Assembly (NCBI GenBank): GCA_045127455.1 | Contig: JBGVQK010000086.1 | Span: 488-64,487 of the forward strand | Length of the DNA: 64,000 nucleotides | From: Eubacteriales bacterium | Lineage (GTDB): Bacteria; Bacillota; Clostridia; Oscillospirales; CAG-272 | Direction of reading: 5' to 3' | In this document: positions 17,750-24,800 of the stretch, one piece after another | How positions within the stretch are numbered: the stretch's first letter is position 1 | Layout of the letters: the number at the start of each line of letters is the position of its first letter | Notes under the pieces: generated by a model | Databases searched by the model: none | What the model was told of the DNA's origin: nothing | Seen by the model: only the letters and a program-made list of their open reading frames with translations | Position numbers and translations under genes: made by a program

Positions 17750-17777
17750 CTGTGAGTTTTATTTTTAAAACAAAATC

Positions 17778-17821
17778 GGCATTTTGCCTAAAAAGCATTG
17801 TTACTTTCTTGACAAAATGCC
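17778..17821 (-). terminator. possible terminator after the cytoplasmic GH53 gene
   Basis: ggcattttg / caaaatgcc stem (22-nt loop) followed on the minus strand by GATTTTGTTTT. Confidence 0.4.
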
Positions 17822-17844
17822 AATTTACTTTAGTTAATTCCTAT

Positions 17845-18951
17845 TTATTCTACACAAAAAGTGTCAAAGGCGGGGAGTTTTCTTCCATTATAATCAAAAA
17901 GGCATTGGTTTGCCCACTCGTTTGCGGTGGACTTTCCTTCCTCTTTAATATAGGTCTGCCCTGCGGGGGATGCCCAACAGATGCCCTCACCCGGCAGCCA
18001 CAAGGGCTCCCAATAAACGGCTGCTTCAATACCGTTCTCGCGCGCTCTTGTCAAAAGGTCACGCAAGAAGTCTGCTTGCCCGTTTGGCGTGATGGGATAT
18101 TTTTCAGAAAGCTCAGGCACGTTTGCACGGTCGGCATCAATCACCAGTCGGCTCTCCTTGCCGTCAAGCACGTAAGCCTTTGTGGTAAAGCCATAGCCGA
18201 TCTCCACAAGCATCATGCGCTTGCCAAAGCGGCGGCAAGCCGCAAGATTGGCAAAGAGCTCATCGGGCGTGCCGTGCCAATAGGGGTAATAGGAAGCACC
18301 GATAATGTCATAATCAATACCTGCCTCCTGCATTTTGGAGAAAAATTCCTGATAAACAGCCGCATCGTTGCTGCGCTCAAGGTGCAGAATGATGCCTGCC
18401 TCAGGCAAAATCTCGCGGCAAGCGCGACAGCCCGCAGCGATCAGGCGGCAAAGGTTTTGGTAATTCCCTCTCTCACCGCTCTCAGCTTCAGTCAATCGCC
18501 CTACTGGCCAAAGCATACCGTTAGTGATCTCGTTGCCTACTTGAATAAAGGTAGGCGCAACATCCTCGGCACAGGCTTTTTGCAGGCAGGTTTTTGTAAA
18601 GGTATACACTGCCTCTTCCATCTCGTCAATACCAAACGATGCCCACGCCTTGGGGATCATTTGCTTGCCCGGGTCTGCCCAAAAGTCGCTGTAATGAAAG
18701 TCCAGCATCAGGCTATATCCTTTGGCTTTTGCCAATTTTGCAAGACGGACGTAGTGGTCGATATCGCAGCTTCCTGCCAAATAAGGCGTTCCGTCGGGTG
18801 CGTGCGGATCGTTCCATACGCGAATGCGCATACAGCTCACGCCGTTTGCGCGCAGAGCATCTAAGGGGTCGATTTGTACGTCACCGTCAAAATAGCGCGC
18901 ACCGTGCTCCAATTCCTCCAAATACGTGGAAATGTCTACACCGAGGATCAT
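17845..18951 (-). CDS. GH53 endo-beta-1,4-galactanase-family protein without a signal peptide
   Basis: RIRVWNDP, DFHYSDFWADPGKQ, VQVGNEITNG (acid/base Glu), MLVEIGYGF (nucleophile Glu). The N-terminus MILGVDISTY has no hydrophobic leader. Confidence 0.88.
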   Translation of the reverse strand: MILGVDISTYLEELEHGARYFDGDVQIDPLDALRANGVSCMRIRVWNDPHAPDGTPYLAGSCDIDHYVRLAKLAKAKGYSLMLDFHYSDFWADPGKQMIPKAWASFGIDEMEEAVYTFTKTCLQKACAEDVAPTFIQVGNEITNGMLWPVGRLTEAESGERGNYQNLCRLIAAGCRACREILPEAGIILHLERSNDAAVYQEFFSKMQEAGIDYDIIGASYYPYWHGTPDELFANLAACRRFGKRMMLVEIGYGFTTKAYVLDGKESRLVIDADRANVPELSEKYPITPNGQADFLRDLLTRARENGIEAAVYWEPLWLPGEGICWASPAGQTYIKEEGKSTANEWANQCLFDYNGRKLPAFDTFCVE

Positions 18952-19208
18952 TGCTCTCCCCCCTTGTGCGGCTCAAAACGAATGGGTTGGTTGTCCTCGC
19001 CAAAATCGACAACGCGCAGCTTCATTGCGCGGTAGCGATACCTTGCAGCCTCGTTGAGCTCGAGGACGCGTGCCTCCGCACCGGAAAATCCGCAACGCAG
19101 GCAATAGTATTCGCCCTTTTCTTCATCAAAGAACATATCAATGTCGATATCCCTCATAAAGCAGGAGGGACAACGGTAATTCAGTTTGCCTTTTGTAGCT
19201 TGAGCCAT
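18948..19208 (-). CDS. 86-aa zinc-ribbon protein, unknown function
   Basis: CPSC...CLRC motif pair. It overlaps the upstream gene by 28 nt and the downstream GH53 by 4 nt, so it is probably translationally coupled. Confidence 0.6.
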   Translation of the reverse strand: MAQATKGKLNYRCPSCFMRDIDIDMFFDEEKGEYYCLRCGFSGAEARVLELNEAARYRYRAMKLRVVDFGEDNQPIRFEPHKGGEQ

Positions 19209-21010
19209 GTCTTTACTCCTCCCTTTTGAACAGTTTTGCGAAGTGCCAAACGGTAAACGGGCGAGAAGGCAATGCCCTCCTCCACCTCGGCTTGGTCGTT
19301 GTCGCCGCTCATTTCGATGAGCGTGAGCACTGCGGGAACGGTCACGCGCGCACTTGCGGCATTCTCTTTTGTGATCTTGCGACCAAGATAAGAATACTGC
19401 ATCTGTTCGCCATCGACCGCGAGCGTCAAATCGCTCATATCCGCTTGGTATTCGGTGGTACCGAACGCACCGGTAAAATATTCCTCAAAGGTGACCTTTT
19501 CGTTACCAATGTCGTTGAGAATACGGCGCTCGGTAATAATTTTGCCCTCTCCCTCTACAATGGTAAAGACCGATTGCACGACCAGCTCAAGTCCACCCAA
19601 ATTCAGGGTAACGGGGTCGGTTATAAGGCTGACGCCATCCTCGTTTTTTTGATAGGTTGCCATTGTGCGGCAGAGGCAAAGATCGGCACTCTCCCCTCTT
19701 GCGCTGACGCGGCAGGATTTGATGGTTCCCGCGCCTGCATAGTGGGTGAAGAAGCCTGCGCGGTAGTTGATTTGGATAAGGTAAGGATAAGATGCATCAT
19801 ACACGTTCTCGGTGCCGATGCCGGTTCTTTGCGGAATACGTGCAACGTAGGGGCGAAGATCGATCATAGCACCGCCCTGATTGAAGTCGAAGCAGGTGCG
19901 AAGCGAGGGATCGGCATACCAAAAGTAAGACTTGTTGCTGCCGTAAAGAATATCCTTCCACAAAGCGCACTCTCCGCGCTTGTAGTCTGTGTGGCTTGCG
20001 CGATAATAGTCGGCAAATTCGCTCATAGTCATATCGGTAAGCTTACCCTCTGCCTTGAGCTTGCCGTAGTACTTCATACCGTCGTCATAAGACTTTGCCA
20101 AAAGCTCGTAGGGGGCTTCCCAACGTCCGCGGCGGTTGAGCCAACCGGGACCTACAAACATCATGTTGTAGCTGTAACCGTCGTTGTATTTTGCAAGATG
20201 ACGGTATTGGTCGATGAGATTGTAAAGATAGGGATACTCGTAATTTTCGCCATCCTTATAGTAGATCATACCGCGCAATACGTTTTGCGGATGTGTACCA
20301 AAGTTGGAACCGTTGCCGTCAAAGCAAGCCATCAGATCGCGGGAAAGGTGCGGAATGGCAACGATACCCGAGTCATCCTCGGCGTCGGATGCGGGACAGT
20401 GAGAATTGACCTTAGAAGGGATCCAAGGATTCCAAGGTCCGCCATCCATAAAGGTATACCAGGAATTGTTGCAGGTATGGTAAGCCTTGGGGCCTTCTTC
20501 CCAGCAGGTGGCAACCGCGCATTTTACCGAAGGATACTTCTTTTTGATATAGTTGATGGTGTAAGCATCTAAAAAATAACTGCTTGTGGAAGCGGGATAA
20601 AAGCCGAATTTTTCGTAGAATTTTCCAAATACGTCGTCAACGATCTCTTCCTTTCGTTTGTCGTCAAACATCCAAATGCAAAAGTCCTCGGTTTTGTATT
20701 TTTCCTTAAACTCTGGGCAAGGAAGCCCCAAAAGTGAGAGACCGATCTCGTCACCGTACTTTTCATTTGCTTGCTTTGCCATCTCAATAATAACGTCGGA
20801 GAAAAGAGATGCGTAGGTGATTTGAATGGTGGTCTTCAGACCGTATTTATGCGCCGTATCCTGCTGGAAACGGAAAATATCCAACGATTCGTCGCGTACA
20901 TCCTTGCCCTTCCCGAGCGCCTTTTCGGCATACTCGGGAGAAAGCTCGGGACGGTGAATAATGTTTACAATAAGTTTATCGTTCATAAAAGCCTCGCTTT
21001 GATAGGTCAC
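19181..21010 (-). CDS. 609-aa cytoplasmic protein of unrecognised family (candidate glycan-active enzyme)
   Basis: Long ORF in operon position, with a 4-nt overlap with the GH13 stop. No signal peptide. No motif I can assign to a GH, GT or CE family. Confidence 0.75.
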   Translation of the reverse strand: MTYQSEAFMNDKLIVNIIHRPELSPEYAEKALGKGKDVRDESLDIFRFQQDTAHKYGLKTTIQITYASLFSDVIIEMAKQANEKYGDEIGLSLLGLPCPEFKEKYKTEDFCIWMFDDKRKEEIVDDVFGKFYEKFGFYPASTSSYFLDAYTINYIKKKYPSVKCAVATCWEEGPKAYHTCNNSWYTFMDGGPWNPWIPSKVNSHCPASDAEDDSGIVAIPHLSRDLMACFDGNGSNFGTHPQNVLRGMIYYKDGENYEYPYLYNLIDQYRHLAKYNDGYSYNMMFVGPGWLNRRGRWEAPYELLAKSYDDGMKYYGKLKAEGKLTDMTMSEFADYYRASHTDYKRGECALWKDILYGSNKSYFWYADPSLRTCFDFNQGGAMIDLRPYVARIPQRTGIGTENVYDASYPYLIQINYRAGFFTHYAGAGTIKSCRVSARGESADLCLCRTMATYQKNEDGVSLITDPVTLNLGGLELVVQSVFTIVEGEGKIITERRILNDIGNEKVTFEEYFTGAFGTTEYQADMSDLTLAVDGEQMQYSYLGRKITKENAASARVTVPAVLTLIEMSGDNDQAEVEEGIAFSPVYRLALRKTVQKGGVKTWLKLQKAN

Positions 21011-22677
21011 TCAAGAATAACGCTTGTTTGCGGTGCAATGGTAAGAACTGTGCCCTCGAGCGTTGCCGCGCCTGTGCCGATCACGTCAAGGATAGCCGTA
21101 AAGCTATAACCTGCAAGATCGCTGCAGCCTGCAAGGTCAACGGAGAGCTCCTCGGTGGACGTGTTGTGGAACAAGCCGAGCTTTTGTTCACCGTGTGTGA
21201 TCAAAAATCCGCCCAAATTCTTTTCACCGCAGGTAATGGAATCGTAGGTTCCGCGTGCGATCGCCTCGTGCTTGTGGCGAATGGCAAGCAGCTTGCAGTA
21301 ATAGTTGTAAAGACTGTTGGGGTCCTCGAGCTGATCTGCCACTGTGGTGCTGATCTGCTTTGAGGGGCTGTAGGTAGAGCCAATGGGATTGCCTACCGTA
21401 TCGCCGTCTCCCCACAGCATGGCAAGGCGACGGTTGGCATCGGTATTGGCACTGCCACGGGAGCCGCGCATACCGATCTCTTCACCGTAATAAATGGTGG
21501 GAGAGCCGGGGCTGAGCAAATAGAGGTTTGCAGCCATACGCATATAGTTTTCGGTAACGAACGTGCCTGCAATGCGATCCATATCGTGGTTGGAAAGGAA
21601 AGACATCGACATACCATTGGGGTTGTTTTCCAAAACCTTCTTTTGATAGGACCCAATGTAGTTTGTAAAGGTAGAAATGGAAGAGCGTCCCTTTGCGGCA
21701 GTTGCTGCAATACCTTCTGCTTGAGACATTGCAAAGTTAAAGCAGTTCATAGCGCTGTAATAATCCAGAATTTCGCTCTCACCCGACCAGCATTCGCCAA
21801 CACAGTAGATATCGGGATAGTCCTTTTGGAGCTCGCCCATATACCATTCCCAGAACTCTACCGATTTTGCGGTATCACCAAAGTAGATATACTTAATAGC
21901 ATCAAAACGGAAGCCATCGACACCAAGCTCCATATAATACTTGGCGACCTTGAGCATTTCCTCACGAACGGTAGGGTTATCAAAATTCAGCTCGGGCATA
22001 TCCCCCGAGAAGTTGCACTCATACCACGCGTCAACGCCGTCGATCTTTTGATACGTGCGGCCGCTCACCTTTTCATCATTGGTAACGCAGGTGTAAAAAT
22101 CATAATATGGGTTGGTGTTGTCACGCTCCATACGTGCTTGCTTAAACTGCAAAAACCACTCGTGACGGCTTGAGGTGTGGTTGATGGCAAGGTCAAGAAT
22201 GAGCTTGACGTTGCGTGCTTCACACAGCTCTGCCAGCTCACGCAGATCATCCATATCGCCAAATTTCGAGTCGATATCATAATAGCTGATGGCATCGTAC
22301 TTGTGATAAGATGGCGAAGCGAAGATGGGAGAGAGCCAGATGCCCTGCACGCCCAAGCTTTTGCCCGAATTGATATTTCCGTCGTTGAGATAATCAAAAC
22401 GGTTGATGACACCGCGCAAGTCGCCAATGGTGTCACCGTTGGAATCTGAAAAAGAACCTACAAACACCTGGTAAAATGTGCGGTAATTATCATTGATAGG
22501 ATCTAACATAGGCGGTAGTGCTTCTTCCTTGGGAGACTTTGTAAAATGATTGATCAGTACCACCGCAGAAACAACGATAGCCACTGTTAAAACCAATGAT
22601 ACTGCAGCTATGGCAACCTTCTTTTTGTTTTGGAAAAAGCTTGCCAGGGCTTGTTTGAATGCTTTTGATTTTGCCAT
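21007..22677 (-). CDS. GH13 alpha-amylase-family enzyme, N-terminal membrane anchor
   Basis: TM AIAAVSLVLTVAIVVSAVVLI. GH13 regions DLAINHTS, GVDGFRFDAIKY, VGECW, FLSNHD. Confidence 0.9.
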   Translation of the reverse strand: MAKSKAFKQALASFFQNKKKVAIAAVSLVLTVAIVVSAVVLINHFTKSPKEEALPPMLDPINDNYRTFYQVFVGSFSDSNGDTIGDLRGVINRFDYLNDGNINSGKSLGVQGIWLSPIFASPSYHKYDAISYYDIDSKFGDMDDLRELAELCEARNVKLILDLAINHTSSRHEWFLQFKQARMERDNTNPYYDFYTCVTNDEKVSGRTYQKIDGVDAWYECNFSGDMPELNFDNPTVREEMLKVAKYYMELGVDGFRFDAIKYIYFGDTAKSVEFWEWYMGELQKDYPDIYCVGECWSGESEILDYYSAMNCFNFAMSQAEGIAATAAKGRSSISTFTNYIGSYQKKVLENNPNGMSMSFLSNHDMDRIAGTFVTENYMRMAANLYLLSPGSPTIYYGEEIGMRGSRGSANTDANRRLAMLWGDGDTVGNPIGSTYSPSKQISTTVADQLEDPNSLYNYYCKLLAIRHKHEAIARGTYDSITCGEKNLGGFLITHGEQKLGLFHNTSTEELSVDLAGCSDLAGYSFTAILDVIGTGAATLEGTVLTIAPQTSVILE

Positions 22678-22687
22678 ATCTTACCTC

Positions 22688-24727
22688 TTATTCTTTGACC
22701 GAATTAAAGCGTGCATCGTCGATCTTGCCCCACGCATTGGGGCCTGCACACTTGACGTAAATGCCAACAACGATGGTATCTCCCTCGTTGTAGACAATAC
22801 CGTTAACGCTTGCGGTGTGCCACTCGTTGTAAACTGTGATCTCTGTTTCACCGCGATAAACGATCTCTCCATTGACCTTTACGTAGGCGTAAATTTCCGT
22901 ATCGCCGCCGTCACCGCCCATAATGGAGATGGAATAGTTATATTTGTTGCCGGCAGTCAGCCCTGTCAGCTCTTGCTCAAGGGTGAACTCTACTGCATTG
23001 GCAGCTGCTCCCCAGAAATGGTAGTGTTTGGTACCTGTAATGGAGTCGGTGACCTTATCCTCTACGTGGAACTCATCAAAGGTACCGATCTTGTTTGCCG
23101 TCCAACCGGTATCCCCCTCTTCAAAGCTCCAATTCTTCAAAAAGTTGTATTCCTCCATCGAAACGTAGCAGCGCGCGGTCATGCCGCCTGCAGTTCCAAC
23201 AATATCATACTTTTTAACACCGCCCGCCTTCATAGCGGCAATGTCTACATTGTGCCATACAACGTCAATTACCTTTTTGGAGTTATCCAGCATAATGGCT
23301 TTGACAGTTGTGGGCATAACGACGTCTCCGTTCAAGTCGAAGATAAGGTTGGTATCCTCGATAGCATCTGCCTTGTTTTCAACAACGTTGCCCTCTTTAA
23401 CAAGTGCAAACACCTTGAGCGACTCAAGCGCGTGTCCGGTTGCATCAAAGAATGCTTGGTTATCAACAGCGCAGCCGCCATACCACTGCCCTGCATCGTC
23501 GGGATCGTAGTCACCTGCATAGGAGCTTGCCCAGCCGGAGCCGTTCTTTTCCCACAGTGCAAGGTTTTCTTCATAGCTCTCGCCACCTGCAGGGATCCAA
23601 GTGCCTTCCCAATAGAACACACCGATACCGTCGGTCATATCGTTTACGGTAACGTCGATAACGTCACGAACGAGGTTTGCCTGACCTTGTACGGTGAAGG
23701 GATAGTTTTTAACGATTCCGCCACCCTCACCAATGGTGTTGCCGTAAAAATCGTTATCGGCAGCAGTAAAGGCATAGGAGGTTTCGGCAACCATTACCTT
23801 TTTGCCGTATTTTGCGCTTACACGATTCAAAACCGCTGCAAGGTTTTCATACGTGCCGTGCCAGAAGGGATAGTAAGATGATGCGAATACGTCGTAATCA
23901 ACACCGTAGTAATCCAGGTTTGCACTGTAGCTCTCGTAGTTGGTCACCTTTTCGGGGTTCGCAAAGTGAACGGCAATAAGCGCATTGGGGCAAACCTCGC
24001 GTACTGCGCGAGAGCCTGCGCTCATCAGCTTGGTGATCTTTGCCCAACCGCCCGTCTTTGTGCTGCTTTCGCCACACATAGCACCGTTGGTCTCGTTACC
24101 AACCTGCACCATACCAACGTCAACGCCTGCAGCTACCAGCTTTTCAAGGCACTCTTTGGTGTAGGTGTAGAGGGCTTCGCTCTTTTCATCAATGCTCATA
24201 TTCTTCCAAGCCTTGGGGACCATTTGCTTTGCAGGGTCTGCCCAAAAGTCGGAATAGTGGAAGTTTACAAGCAGCTTCATACCGTATTCGGTAGCGCGCT
24301 TACCAATAGCAATGGCGTTTTCGATATCGCAGTTACCGCCGCCGTATCCCTTGTCGTTCTCGTCAAAGGGATCGTTCCAAACGCGTACACGGATGTAATT
24401 GATGCCGTTTTCGGAGAGAATTTGATAAACGTCCTTTTCGTTGCCGTCGTGGTCGTAATACTTTACGCCGCCCGCCTCTAGGGAAGGAACACAGGAAGCA
24501 TCCATGCCCATAATAAAATCATCTGGCAGGTTTTCTACTTTGGCAACGTACAAAGAGTCAGATGTAACGTTGACGTCAATGGCATTGGGGCGCCAATCTT
24601 TGTTTTTTCCGTCGGTCTCGTTGCCTTTGGGAGTGCACCCACCAAGCAAAAATGCACCCGCGAGGACAGCGGCCGCCAAAATGGCGGCCACTGCTGCGGT
24701 GCTGTATCGTTTTAGAATGTTTGACAT
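22688..24727 (-). CDS. extracellular GH53 endo-beta-1,4-galactanase lipoprotein with C-terminal Ig-like and carbohydrate-binding-like domains
   Basis: Lipobox FLLGGC. RVRVWNDP, NFHYSDFWADPAKQ, VQVGNETNG, VMVAETSYAF. About 270 extra C-terminal residues. Confidence 0.88.
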   Translation of the reverse strand: MSNILKRYSTAAVAAILAAAVLAGAFLLGGCTPKGNETDGKNKDWRPNAIDVNVTSDSLYVAKVENLPDDFIMGMDASCVPSLEAGGVKYYDHDGNEKDVYQILSENGINYIRVRVWNDPFDENDKGYGGGNCDIENAIAIGKRATEYGMKLLVNFHYSDFWADPAKQMVPKAWKNMSIDEKSEALYTYTKECLEKLVAAGVDVGMVQVGNETNGAMCGESSTKTGGWAKITKLMSAGSRAVREVCPNALIAVHFANPEKVTNYESYSANLDYYGVDYDVFASSYYPFWHGTYENLAAVLNRVSAKYGKKVMVAETSYAFTAADNDFYGNTIGEGGGIVKNYPFTVQGQANLVRDVIDVTVNDMTDGIGVFYWEGTWIPAGGESYEENLALWEKNGSGWASSYAGDYDPDDAGQWYGGCAVDNQAFFDATGHALESLKVFALVKEGNVVENKADAIEDTNLIFDLNGDVVMPTTVKAIMLDNSKKVIDVVWHNVDIAAMKAGGVKKYDIVGTAGGMTARCYVSMEEYNFLKNWSFEEGDTGWTANKIGTFDEFHVEDKVTDSITGTKHYHFWGAAANAVEFTLEQELTGLTAGNKYNYSISIMGGDGGDTEIYAYVKVNGEIVYRGETEITVYNEWHTASVNGIVYNEGDTIVVGIYVKCAGPNAWGKIDDARFNSVKE

Positions 24728-24800
24728 AACTTTCTCCTTATGACTTTGATAGCGGCACCTGCCGTAGAAATTTTAGGGAAATTTGTTTGTCGAAAAAAGA

